A stretch of DNA of 64,000 nucleotides. It comes from Octopus vulgaris. Its lineage: Eukaryota. The stretch covers positions 124,310,001 through 124,374,000 of the forward strand of contig OX597816.1 of the NCBI GenBank assembly GCA_951406725.2. The letters run 5' to 3'. Positions 1 through 12,409 of this stretch are shown one piece after another. Positions within the stretch are counted from its first letter, which is position 1, and the number at the start of each line of letters is the position of its first letter. The notes under the pieces were generated by a model. The model made no database searches, was not told where the DNA came from, and saw only the letters and a list, made by a program, of their open reading frames with translations. Made by a program: the position numbers and the translations under genes.

Positions 1-155
1 ATTATTATTATTATTATTAACGGTAATAATACTTATTTCATTTAAATTATACTGGTTCATGATATCAACCTGTATATAGACATATATATTTATACATTTG
101 CTAATATATAGGTTGATAGATTATTAGAGATATATACATATATATATATATTTAT

Positions 156-365
156 AAATGAGTGTGAGTCGAAAATTATACATACTCTTGCTTTTTCAAT
201 GTATTTGCACAAAAGCAGGGGATAAACAAGTACGTTGATTTTGTTTATATAGTCTCCTTCCTTTTTGATAAACTTGGTCCAGCAGTCCACAAACTTGCAT
301 ATTTCCTCAAAGAAGAAGGTTTGTAGTTGGCTGTGCAACCATTTAATGCTCCGCTTTCTTCCCAT
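156..365 (-). mobile_element. Mariner transposon 3' remnant (transposase C-terminus plus TIR-like end)
   Basis: Translation WLHSQLQTFFFEEICKFVDCWTKFIKKEGDYINK matches the mariner C-terminal pattern WL.SQ...FF..GI.KL..RW.KCI...GDY. ATGAGTGTGAGTCGAAAATTAT at about 158-179 resembles a mariner TIR and lies next to TA. Confidence 0.55.
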
Positions 366-402
366 CTTCATGGAAATGGTATTGTTTGTTTTAACCTTCA
401 AA

Positions 403-559
403 TGACGCCACTCCGCTGGCTAGGTGAGCAGGTCAACATTCTCCCCTGATTGAAGGGGATGTTTTGTTCAAAAACATGATGCGCCGCCTAGTCAGAGAAT
501 CAAACCCTCAATCTAACGATCATGAGTCCAATAGCCTAACCACTTGGCCACATGCCATC

Positions 560-561
<2 letters not shown>
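403..561 (-). mobile_element. tRNA-derived SINE, 5' part
   Basis: Minus strand begins GTGATGGCATGTGGCCAAGTGGTTAGG (A box), followed by GGTTTGATTCT (B-box-like) at tRNA-like spacing. Confidence 0.55.

Positions 562-563
<2 letters not shown>

Positions 564-628
<65 letters not shown>
564..628. repeat. (TA)n microsatellite, representative of many in the window
   Basis: Direct reading of the sequence. Confidence 0.95.
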
Positions 629-634
<6 letters not shown>

Positions 635-989
635 AATGAGATAGGGGTTGAAAATTCAACCCACCATGGGATAATATATATCCAATATACTGCCAGATAG
701 GTACCCAACAAGATTAATACATAGATGTTAAAAATTGTCAAACAATCAGTTCATCTATTGTATTATATGGGTAAAGGTAATAATATTACCGTAAATTAAT
801 ACTACAAAATTAGAGAATGGAGAAACATACTTAAATCAATAAAACATCAACTATCCGATGATACCCAATCAATACTTTAATACACCATTACATATGAGTA
901 AAGGCATTATACAAAATGAGATATACAGTAATAGTAAAAAGATAAAGAGATATAAGTAAAAAATTTCAAATATAATATGCAATTAAATC

Positions 990-1105
990 AAAACTGACAG
1001 CTGTTTCGGCAGTGAGGGCAGTCATACCTCATTTAACCTCTAAGCCATAAAGGCAGGTATAAATGAGGCATTAACAAGGATGCCCCACGGCCTCTTCAGA
1101 GAATT
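990..1105 (-). ncRNA. Type I hammerhead ribozyme motif with extended stem II, PLE-type
   Basis: Minus strand: ct-CTGAAGA-[GGCCGTGGGGCA...TGCCCTCACTGCC]-GAAAC-AGCT-GTC-ag. Complete core, GUC cleavage triplet and palindromic stem III (ACAGCTGT). Stem I is weak. Confidence 0.75.
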
Positions 1106-1332
1106 AAATTAAATTTGTTATAATTGGGAAAAATATTATATAACCATATACATATAAATATAAAAATATAAAAATGTAACATATAAAAACTTATACATCA
1201 TAATGCTACACTTATATAATATAATACTCATTGGTACAATAAAGGAAGGTAAACAGAACAAAATAAAACAAAATATATATCAGTGTATATATTAATATTA
1301 ATAAGTACCGATATTATACATATTTGGCTAAT

Positions 1333-1364
<32 letters not shown>

Positions 1365-1457
1365 CTAACACATAGGGAGATGAAAAATAATAATTAAAAC
1401 CATGGTTCAGTTCATAAAATTCTAAAGCTATGAAAGTTAATAAAAATTACTATTAAT

Positions 1458-1506
<49 letters not shown>

Positions 1507-1559
1507 GATACAGTTAAGTTTGCACCAAGTCCATCCTTTCAAGATCGAAATAACTTATA

Positions 1560-1638
<79 letters not shown>

Positions 1639-1746
1639 ATATAATCAGATCAGATGGTTCATATTTATATATTTATTTATATATTACATTTTTATATATA
1701 TATCATATCATTCGGATTAGCGCTTTCTCCCATTCTAGTGGGTTTT

Positions 1747-1784
<38 letters not shown>

Positions 1785-1816
1785 TTTATTTAAAGCAGCA
1801 GAAAATTCAACAAAAT

Positions 1817-1854
1817 CTGTTACTCTGAGTTTCTCGTTGCCGTTTATCAGACAG
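1817..1854 (-). ncRNA. Degenerate minimal hammerhead motif
   Basis: Minus strand: ctgt-CTGATAA-acggcaacga-GAAAC-tcaga-GTA-acag. Stem I ctgt/acag pairs, but C3.A8 is mismatched and stem II is poor. Next to (TA)n. Confidence 0.5.
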
Positions 1855-2981
1855 TTTTTGCTAGAATGGAACCGATATATCAATTCAATCTAGACTCTTA
1901 CAAACGCTACACCTTTAAAAAAATGGACTTGTTTGATTGGCCCTTTAGAAATAACGGTCAATCTTCGAGCGATAAACAAAAAAAGCTCAAAAATATATGT
2001 ATATATATATAAAAAAATTATAAAAATTATAAAATTCGAGGAAAAAACCTTACATTGAATAAAATACATATTGACGTTAATGAAGAAAGTATAATTAATG
2101 CATAGAAATTAAAACCTATTATAAATATTACACTGCAATACATATTTATATTAAAGTGTACATATATATATCAACATACACAGAAGGATGCGTGCAAACG
2201 CCATACATATACAGACGTATAAATATAAATCTAAAATATACACATAAATGCATACGTACATATATGTCCGCAATCTATCTCGCACGCAAGTTAAAATCAT
2301 CGATGTAGCGATTCTCATATACTGAGTAAAGCTTAAGTAAGGGGGATGTAAAGTTGCATCAGTATCAGTTAGAGAAAAAAACGAAAGAAAGGAAGAGAGA
2401 GGAAAAGGAACGAAGAAGGGGGAAGGAAAAAAGAAAAAGGAGGGGTGGGGAAAAAAACGAAATAAGAAAAATTATGTAACAAGCTGTGTAGCCGCGTTAT
2501 TGACTTATATGGAGACAAGTATACAAATACACAAGTTCGAATGGATACATACACACACAGTCGTGTATATGTGTGCTTAAGCACAAACATACGCTCACTT
2601 ACATATACACAGATACGCATGCTTACAAATACATATTCATGGCTATACACATACTTATATCAAAATTCTAATTTTTGACAACATTGCTTTTTTTAAAAAA
2701 AATGAGTGCAATAATAAAAAATATATACGAAAGACATATAAAATAAAATATAACACCCTATTTGGATCATCTATAAATTAAAAATCAAGGTAATCCTATA
2801 CAATACAATAACATGAAATAAACAAAGTCAAAGGTTTTTCCTAATGTATATGTAGAAATATAAGACTTTGCTATACGGAATGAAATCTGCATAGCGCGAA
2901 ACACAATCCATCGTAGCGTTTACATACTAGTTCAAGAGTCAAAATCAAAATTTCAAAAATCAAAAATACAAAATATATACT

Positions 2982-4884
2982 CTATCCATATGGTATATTT
3001 ATATTCGACATTTTAAATTTAGTTGCGTGCCTACATAAGTTCATTAGCTCACTTCTTTGATTCAAAGAATTATTGTCTTTGAATAAAATGTACATTTTTT
3101 CTAATAGGCAAAGTTTGCATTTAAAATTATTTCTGTATGCTCCATGCCTGTATGGTGCCGCTCTGTCCAGAATGCTCCATGTCACGTTGAAAGGTGGGGT
3201 TTCCTTTTCTTTTAGTTCCCAGACATATTTTGCTAGGCTGGTCCTCTTCCTATTCTCTGGGTATTTAAATGAATTTTTATGTGAATAAAATCGTGTTTTA
3301 AATAAATTTTCTGAAGCCCCTGTGTATGTCTTGTATTCCGATGAGCCTTCTACTCTCACCTTGGCTCTATAAACTACTCCTTTCACTAGACATTTCCCTT
3401 CTAACGGACAGGAGTTTTCGTTTTTCAAATTGCATTTCTTAATGGGCTCGGCACCATGTCTAATCTCAATTAGCTTCCTATTATGCTGGCTAATGTAAGA
3501 GGCGAAATTTCTGCAACAAGAATAGCTAACCTTCAGGGTTCTTCTATTAAATATCCTATAGAATTTATGACCCTGCTTAAAATGCTTAGAGACTAATCTC
3601 AAAAATTCCTTACCTATATTAGTCTTTACGGCCAAATTGAAAACCGGGTTGAACCACAAAACTTTCCTGGTCCTAGTTCTTCGTGCAGCATTATTACCAG
3701 CATTAAGCTGGTTGTACTGGATCTTCTCAGAGAATCCACTATTCTTTAATGCGCTATCGTAATAAGGTGCAGCATTATGGAATGCTGCCTCGTCCGAAGA
3801 AATTGAAGATATTCTTCTACCTACATTGCTGACTAAGTTCCTAAGGATAACTGGTGGATGGTTCGAATCTTTGCTAATATACGATAGCTTTTCATTGGGC
3901 TTACGGAAAGGTTTAAATCTATCCGACCTTACATTAAAATTTACGTCTAAAAAATCTACAATATTCATGTTAGCATCTATTGTAACCCGTAAGCCCATCC
4001 TTTGAAAGAAAGCAATGAGGTCCTTCCTAAGTCTATCTGATTCATGGCCGTTTAGATTATGCGTGGCTATAAGGCCGTCATCCCTATATAAACCTGCATC
4101 TATAAATGGGAATTCTATTTTTAGATTATGGAGAATAAAGGCTCCTATGAGCATACATAACTCAGCCCCGTCGTATACAGCCCCATCGGTACATCGAAAA
4201 GAGAATCCTCAGTCTTCTTAATCCAGGTGGAATCCTCGAAAAAAAGAAGCGATTTCCTCGCATGCATAATAATATCAATTTCCGAGCTATCGATGTTGAC
4301 ATACTGCTTGGCGAAGTCCAATGCTCTTAGGAGCAACGTCCTAGATATTGACGGGTAAAAGTCAATAATGTCGAATTGTGTGAAACTGCAATTATTCTTA
4401 TAGCTAATACCTTTAAACCACTCTATGACTGACTTACTATTCTTCCAAATTCTCAAGTCTACTTCACTATCTAACTTAACTAAAATACGGTCCAAAATAT
4501 TTTTGCTAATAATCCCTATCTCAGTTTTAGCCGGATTTATCAATCTACATTTGGGGTTTCTATTAAAATTGGCTTTATGGTCTTTCAGAGTAATAAAAAC
4601 TGGTCGTGGTGAAAGATATTCAATCCTATCGCTAATCTTAAGATCGTTAACTATTCCTCTTGCTTCTAAGTTCACCTCTTTGTATATATACGTGTTGTCT
4701 TTTTTGTATGTGTCTGTGACACTATTCGAAATCAGGCGCTTATAAACGTCCTTATCAAGTGCATATAAGTTCCTTGTCTTATCAGAATTAACGAAGATCT
4801 TATTCGAGTTGTTAATCTCCTTAATTTTTTCTCTCATATTTCTCTGTAATTGGTTGGTATATTTGCGGAATTTAATTTTCCTAT
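2982..4884 (-). mobile_element. Penelope-like retroelement ORF (RT plus C-terminal GIY-YIG endonuclease), 5'-truncated, one frameshift; possibly Hydra-clade-like
   Basis: ORFs 4145-4909 and 2982-4154 join across a frameshift at about 4180 (DVPMG/YDGAELCMLIG). RT motifs FDIIDFYPSI and YRDDG; linker WFNPVF...TNIGKEFL; endonuclease CPLEGKC...VVYRAKV...YTGAS...FKTRFYSH. The 5' end abuts (TA)n. Confidence 0.92.
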
Positions 4885-4919
4885 AATATATATATATATA
4901 TAAATACAAAATATAAAGT

Positions 4920-4952
4920 TATATCTTGAGTGACAACAACACTCAAGATATA
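4920..4952. repeat. Perfect 13-bp inverted repeat
   Basis: TATATCTTGAGTG-acaacaa-CACTCAAGATATA. Confidence 0.9.
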
Positions 4953-5121
4953 CAACGGACTGGAAATAGAAGTGCTTCTAATATGTCGGACTGTATAGAT
5001 ATATAAACTAGTATATAAGATTTGCATGTGTTTGGTCTATCTCTGAATTTTGTGGTGTTCCTGTGGTTGTTGCTCCTGTTGCCTCCCCTTGAAATACATA
5101 TATGGAAATACATATATGTCT

Positions 5122-5158
<37 letters not shown>

Positions 5159-5784
5159 CACTTGCATACACATATTGACAAACTGCATGTGATTGATGGT
5201 TCCACAGGCATCGAGCTTGCAACAGTTAAAAAAGTATGCCGATTATTGTATTTTTGACACTGAAAGTCATGAATGTAAGTCTCTATACCAGTATCATTCA
5301 ATACACACACACAGAACATTGACTCAAATATGTTACATCTAACAGAGGAATTGAGAATGGATCTTTACTGACTGGTGATATGGTGTGCAGCAGTAGACTC
5401 AAACACTCACAACAATCTGTACCATAGCTCAAGAGAAGTATTCTGAGGCTACTCTATTTTGTACCCTGCCAAGATTATCTTCCCTTTCTATTATTTACCT
5501 GCAGTTTATTCCCCTCATGCATCATCACTCACAACCCTCCATCACTCTTCTCTCCACCACCTGTGTTGATTGCACCAACCTCATCACACCCTTGCCCTTC
5601 AGTAGATTAATGTGTTAAAGGCTGGATTAGGTGACCATCATCCTCCCACTCATACTCTTTCTGCCAACTCATTTTTTACATTTGGCCACATTTCCCATTG
5701 CGAATCATTCCCCCACTTAACACCACTCCCACATATCCATACCTTCTTCCTATAATATTCTTGCTACCTCCACTTTCCCATCCA

Positions 5785-5872
5785 TTCAAGGGCATCCAGC
5801 TGTAGAAACTCTGCCAGATCAGATTGGAGTCTGGTGCAGCCATCTGGTTTGCCAGACCTCAGTCAAATCGTC
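5785..5872 (+). mobile_element. Fragment of the SINE-like repeat also present at 13354-13760
   Basis: AAGGGCATCCAGCTGTAGAAACTCTGCCAGA...GGAGTCTGGTGCAGCC matches the reverse complement of about 13445-13500. Confidence 0.6.
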
Positions 5873-6339
5873 ACCTAAACTTTTGCATAGGTCACCTACT
5901 CTCTTAGCCCTATCTCTCCTCTCAAATACTCATTTCTGACCCTTCTGTCATCATCATTGCTTTTCCTTTTCAATATTAGTCTACATGCTTAAGGTTACTC
6001 TGTACTTCCTACGTTTACATTTACTGTGAACAAGGCACACAACCTACTGATCACATTCTAAAGTGGTTGCCTAATAAGCAAAGAAAGCACAGAATTGTGA
6101 GAAAATTCAAGTGCTAGCTCACTAGAGGACTTTTTGAACTTTTTAGTGTAGATTTCATAAGAAAATGCTTTGGGTATACTTGTGAAGTGTTTGTTGATAG
6201 AAAAGGTGTCTGGCCAAGAAACCAAGCCAAATGACATGAACAAACATCAGTCTATGCCTCCTAATGCAAAGTGCTGCCTGGTATTATAAAAATATTGTAA
6301 TGGTATGGTGTATTAAATACTGCTTTTATCGGTTATACC

Positions 6340-6568
6340 TATTTCTTTATTACCCACAAGGGGCTAAACAGAGGGGACAAACAAGGACAGACATAGGTAT
6401 TAAGTCGAATACATCGACCCCAGTGCGTAACTGGTACATAATTTATCGACCCCGAAAGGATGAAAGGCAAAGTTGACCACGGCGGAATTTGAACTCAGAA
6501 CGTTGCGACAGCTGAAATACCGCTAAGCATTTAGCCTGGCGCGCTAACGTTTCTGCCAGCTCGCCGCC
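6340..6568 (-). mobile_element. Full-length tRNA-SINE with Meta-like core and 13-bp TSD
   Basis: Head AGGCGGCGAGCTGGCAGAAACGTTAG, B box GAGTTCAAATTCC, core GCCTTTCATCCTTTCGGGGTCGATAAA. TSD TATCGGTTATACC at 6327-6339 and 6569-6581. Confidence 0.9.
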
Positions 6569-6906
6569 TATCGGTTATACCAATAGAATAATACAGCAAA
6601 TATAACATAGTGAGAGAGGCTAAATAATGTGGGAGACGAGTGATGGAAGATTAAGTTATGGGGGATGAATGTAAAGGAGAGTGATGGGAGAGTGACAAAG
6701 GAAAGACTTATGGTGGAAGAGTGATGAATGAAAGGTCAGAGATGGGGATGAATGATGAGTATTGGGATATGAGTTCTATAGAGAGGAGGTATTGTAATTT
6801 TAAATGTAAGTAATCATCTATACAAAGTTTTGATATATATCTATTTATCTGGCCTTGTGCCAAAATTTCAAATCTATATATGTCTATATATTTATGCATG
6901 TATATG

Positions 6907-6967
<61 letters not shown>

Positions 6968-7865
6968 GTATAGCTGTATGTAGAAACACATACATGCACA
7001 CATCTACAAACACATGTACGCACACACATAATATACATATTCATGTATATAAAATTTTGAAAACATTTGTCACAAGCCACTTCAAACACATTTGAGCATT
7101 TAAAGAAACTGGATCTATGGTCAATCCACTGTCAAACTTTTATATGTAACTTGTAGTTGTCTTTTGAATACATGCTGTAAGCTTTGCTTACACCAGAAAT
7201 TATATTGTTTCAAAATAGTCATAGATTGCATAAATGCTCTGAGATATTACTTTTCTGCTGAAGTGCTTCAAAATACTTTGCAATTATGAATTTATAATAA
7301 AAATTAGAATAGCAAAACAATTTTTATACTTTGTATTTCCACTTTTAAAGATTCCTCAAAGACACCAATCTGTCATGAGTTATTTCTCATGCAACATTAT
7401 TATTCTTTTTTTCTACACACATGGATTGTTAACAGAAATTTTTTTATATTTTAACATATGCACAACTATCTTTTTCACAAGTATGCATATTTTGTTCTTA
7501 TGTCATCTACATTACCTTGAATAATTTACTTTTATTGTCCTCACACTAAATGTCACCTTCAATATTTTCTAACCTTGATTCTATTTTTTTTACCCAGTAA
7601 CATTTTCATGTTAAATCATATCAACTGAACAATACCCACTATACTATTCAAATGTTTTTACTCCATGCTTCTTCATAAAATATTTTCAACTTCCCTTTTT
7701 ACCCACTTAGCCAGAAATAGACAAAAATCTTTAAGTTATGGTTTGTAATGTTGCAACCCCCAATACATACAGACATATGTACATACATATGTGTGTGTGT
7801 GTATACACACACACATACACACACACACACACATACATACATACATACATACATACATACATACA

Positions 7866-7932
<67 letters not shown>

Positions 7933-8074
7933 CATATTTTTTCTGAATTTTTTCTGAAATTTTTTCTGAATCATCAGATTTTAATATGCTAGACCACTGG
8001 TTTTAAATTGATATTAATCAAATTAATATTTAATTTTTCACTCTTATTATTTAAAAATTATATATATATATATA

Positions 8075-8936
8075 TCTTTATATATATAAAACTGTGAATG
8101 TGTGTCTGTCTATCTGTGTGTTTCCCTAAAACCTGAGAACTACACAACCAATTTCATATAAATTTTACATATGCCTTACTTAGGGTGCGGGGAGTATCAT
8201 TGGCAAAAAAATTTTAACTTTTTGCCTAGAGCGAGCCCTCAGCAATAACATATCTTCTCCACTACGATTCCCTAAAATTGAGAACTACACAACTAATTTC
8301 ATTCTAATTTTACACATGCCTTACTTAGGGTCCATGTAATTTCATGGGCAAAAAGAATGTTCAACTTCTTGCCTAGAGCGAGCCCATAGCAATATCATAT
8401 CTTCTCCACTATTTCAGTATTACGTGTTAAAAGTGAAACAAAAATATTTCTCTATTTTATGACAGATGCTTTCACTTTAACAATAAAAATAATAAGAAGA
8501 ATTGAATTATATGTAGTAAGTAATAATTAAAATCAAACTAAAGTATAATATAAGTAAAAATAGCAATTGGTATAAAATTGCATCAATGATTTGAACTTGA
8601 ATAAGTGGTTTCACATGAATGGGAATTAAATTAAAAATAAAATTAGCGTGCAGAAATGGAATAGTCCAGATGGATAATAAAAAATTAAATTAAAGAAAAG
8701 ACTATTGTTTATAAAGTATACAATGTAGAGAGAAAAAGAAGAGCTAACAATTCCAGTCTGTTATATATTTTGAGTATTGTTATCACTAGCGATATCAAGA
8801 TATAACTTTGTATTTTGCATTTTATGTGTAGATATTATATATATATATAGATGTACATGTAATATGTACACATATATATACATATATATACATGCACTAG
8901 CACTATGACCCGGCAACGACGGGTCTTTAATGTTAG
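8075..8936 (+). mobile_element. Non-autonomous Helitron-like element, copy 1, with an internal ~145-bp tandem duplication
   Basis: 5' A|TCTTTATATATATAAAACTG; 3' hairpin GACCCG-gcaacga-CGGGTC followed by TTAG|T. Segment 8124-8263 is repeated at 8270-8411. Confidence 0.6.
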
Positions 8937-8939
8937 TCT

Positions 8940-9445
8940 TCTATATATATAAAACTGAGAATGTGTGTCTATCTGTCTGTCTGTGTGTTTCCCTAAAACT
9001 TGAGAACTACACAACCAATTTCATTCAAATTTTACACATGCCTTACTTAAGGTCCGGGGAGTGTCATCGGCAAAAATTTTAACTTATGCCTAGGGCGACC
9101 CCACAGCAATATCATATCTTCTCCACTATTTCAGTATTACGTGTTAAAATTGAAACAAAAACATCTCTCTATTGTAATGCAGGCATTCACTTCAATACTG
9201 AAACTATTAAAGTGAAAGTATTATATAACAGGGATGAACCATTAACAGTGGTCATCCATTTTGCTAGAAGAAGATCTGCTATGGTCTTATATGCTACACC
9301 ACTGGTTTTCAATTCATATTAATCAAATTAATATTCAATTTTTCACCCTTATTATGTGTGTGTGTGTATTAGCAATTCATATAAAATTGCATCAATGACT
9401 TGAACTTGAACAAGTGGTTTCACATAAATGGGGATAAATTAAAAA
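8940..9445 (+). mobile_element. Non-autonomous Helitron-like element, copy 2, head-to-tail with copy 1
   Basis: Starts TCTATATATATAAAACTGAGAATGTGTGTCT and is colinear with 8075-8630. Confidence 0.6.
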
Positions 9446-9854
9446 GGTTTGTTGTTATTATTATTACTGTTTGACTACTGTAATCACATTTGTTGGTTCC
9501 TCATCAGGGAAACGTTGTTGTGTTGCATTTGTTAAATAATTGTAAACCGTAACCCTCCCCTTTTCGGAGAAGGGGCTTTGGTTATTGTTTAAAAATTGAA
9601 TTGTGTCCCTGTTTGGGGAAATTGACAATATTTTCACCGTCTTTACAGAAGCATTTTTGTTAAAATGTCTTCGATAGCAGAAAGTCCAAAAATCAATTAT
9701 GCTGCAGCCGTACTCTTCTATACAAGAGGGAGGACAAGATCCAATTGATCAAAATTTCAAGAGACGGGCCTACAATTCCAGTCTGTTATATAATTTGAGT
9801 ATTGTTATCACTAGCGATATCAAGATATAACTTGGACTCCACCTGTACTTGCTT

Positions 9855-11150
9855 GCAATGATTCCTTCCTGAGAGTATGACACATTTGGGCCATCTACAG
9901 CCAATAAAGGCTATAGATGAAATCAAAACAAACTCAGCTACTGGCCCCGATGGATTCCCAGCAATCCTTCTAAAAGTATGTGAGAGAGTCCTAGCAAGAC
10001 CACTGCAGTTCCTCATTCAGAGCTTCCTTGCAACTGGCAAACTTCCAAGAAAACTGAAGGAAGGTAAAATATGCCCTTTTCATAAAGGAGGTAGCAGAGT
10101 GGAGGCCAAGAACTACAGACCTATCTCTCTGACCTCACACATCAGCAAGGTCATGGAACGAATAGTCAGAAGGAAACTAATCACCTTCCTTGAAGAAAAT
10201 GACTTGCTGCCTGACACCCAACAAGGTTTCCAACCAGCAAGAAGCTGCTTAACTCAGCTCCTACAACACTATGACTGGGTGCTGAAACGACTGCTCAACC
10301 ACTCAAATGTGGAAGTCATATATCTCAACTTTGCAAAGGCCTTTGATAAAGTCGATCATGGAATGATATGTCACAAACTGCGTGATCTTGGCATGGTTGG
10401 AAAATTGGGAGAATGGCTTCATGACTTTCTGAAGGATAGAAGTCACGTGGTAGTAGCCAATGTGGCCACTTCCATTAACACGCAAATAGTGAGCGGTGTT
10501 CCGCAGGGCACTGTTTTGGGACCACTACTGTTCATAAAGGCCCTCTCAGACATGCTCTCAGCCATGCAGAGAGCCACGATCACAAGTTATGCAGATGATA
10601 CAAAAGTTTCACAGGCAATACAGAACCCTGAAGACACTAAGCACCTGCAATGTGAGCTGGACAAAATATACAAGTGGACTGAAAAGAATAGCATGCAGTT
10701 CAATGCTGAAAAGTTTCAAGCTTTATGCTATCAGCATGCAAAACTAAATGCAATACCCAATGAATACACTGGACCTGGAGGGATTGCAATCCCAGAGGCA
10801 CAATCAGTGCGTGACCTGGGTATTTACATGAGTGATGACGCAACCTTTCATGTGCATGTTGCTAAATTGGCAATGAAATGTAGGTGGCTGGCCGGATGGA
10901 TTCTTAGAACCTTTAGAACAAGAGACCAGGAAACCATGATGGTCCTCTGGAGGACACTTGTCCTAAGCCACTTTGACTATTGCTCTCAGCTATGGTCACC
11001 ATCCAGTGTCAAGTTGATCACAGAACTTGAGGCGATCCAACGAAGCTACACGAAGAAGATAGCCTCTGTGCAGCATATAAGCTACTGAGAAAGACTCGAG
11101 AGATTAAGACTCTTATTCCTTAGGTGAGAAAGTTATGCCATAATATACAT
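9855..11150 (+). mobile_element. CR1/L2-group LINE reverse transcriptase, truncated
   Basis: ORF 9877-11088 contains ATGPDG, NYRPISLTSHISKVMERI, QQGF...RSC, FAKAFDKVDH, SGVPQGTVLGPLLF, YADD and RDLGI. Confidence 0.9.
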
Positions 11151-11259
11151 CTATAACTAACAGTGGTAGTTGAATGGGAGAAAGTCTAATGTATGTCTAA
11201 CTGTGTATCTAAGTCTATGGTGGTGCTGAGAGGGAGGGTGTCCTCCAGTTTGATAACTG

Positions 11260-11655
11260 AAATTTGTTGAGATGCATGCAACTTGTAAATAACTCTGACC
11301 ACATATTTAGAAGGTCATTGATGTTTTTTGATCAAATGAGCATGCATGCTCTTTCATTTACTCAAAGTTTGTGCTGTTTAGATCTGTTGACATTTGGTCT
11401 TGGTATTTCCATAATAGTGTGTCCTTCATCTTCCAGATATGGCTTGCAGCATTTGTGCTATTCTTTTAGTATACATGTATGAAAGAAGATTGATAGTTGG
11501 CATAACATATTCTGAAATCATCTCTGCACAGTCCAATATATTTTATTCCTTTCATTCCCTTATTTGGTGGAATGGATATGACCTTGGCTTCATACACAAC
11601 TGAACTAACCAGGCATGACTGGTCTAGTGGGCATCTAGCTGGATTCCTGGAGTTA
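11260..11655 (-). pseudogene. Decayed PLE GIY-YIG endonuclease fragment
   Basis: RCPLDQSCLVSSVVYEAKV...KYIGLCRDDFRICYANYQSSF parallels the endonuclease of the PLE at 2982-4884. The 5' end abuts (TA)n. Confidence 0.75.
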
Positions 11656-11702
11656 TACATATGTGTGTGTATATATGTGTGTGTATATATATGTATGTAT
11701 AC

Positions 11703-11768
<66 letters not shown>

Positions 11769-11806
11769 GAAAGAAGGTTTGAAAATGCAATTTAAAAGAT
11801 GTTTAT

Positions 11807-11851
11807 TTACTTTACTGGTTTCACTCTTTGGAAAAAGATTGTCAAAAGTAA
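11807..11851 (-). ncRNA. Minimal hammerhead, U3-A8 variant, left arm
   Basis: Minus strand: ttactt-TTGACAA-tctttttccaaagagt-GAAAC-CA-GTA-aagtaa. Confidence 0.6.
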
Positions 11852-12364
11852 CATGTAGAAGGTTTGGTTGCGTTAATTATTGGTTGTTACAAATTGCTAC
11901 ATTACATATATACAGTCTTTGGTAACAGGGACATGCTAAGGACATAAAAAAGTTCAACAAGTTCCTTAAAATATTGGGCACAAAAGATTACTACATAAAT
12001 AATCGTTCTCAAGGACATGCTTAAGATAGTTTCCAGAAGGAATTGATATTGGTATTGGTATTGTATCTGTATATTCAAACATGCACAGAATATTGGTTGA
12101 CACAGAGTACTACAATCCATATAAATATACATTCTTTGGTGACAAGAGCATGTTGAGAATATAAAAATGTTTAACAAGCTCATTGAAATAATGGTCACAA
12201 AAGATTACAACAAATACATTCTCAAGATAATTTCCAGAAGGAATTATTTAAGGAACTTGTTGAACTTTTTTATGTCCTTAACATGTCCCTGTTACCAAAG
12301 ACTGTATATATGTAATGTAGCAATTTGTAACAATCAATAATTAACGCAACCAAACTTCTATATG

Positions 12365-12409
12365 TTACTTTTGACAATCTTTTTCCAAAGAGTGAAACCG
12401 GTAAAGTAA
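12365..12409 (+). ncRNA. Minimal hammerhead, U3-A8 variant, right arm
   Basis: ttactt-TTGACAA-tctttttccaaagagt-GAAAC-CG-GTA-aagtaa. Perfect 6-bp stem I and palindromic stem III ACCGGT. Confidence 0.7.

Noticed and set aside
1925-1972. HHR-like string on the minus strand (CTCGAA-GATTGACC...GGCCAATC-AAAC-AA-GTC)
   Set aside because: The core deviates at several invariant positions and there is no stem I.
6058-6285. Possible host exon
   Set aside because: Stops in the frames following the candidate acceptor, and no recognisable domain.
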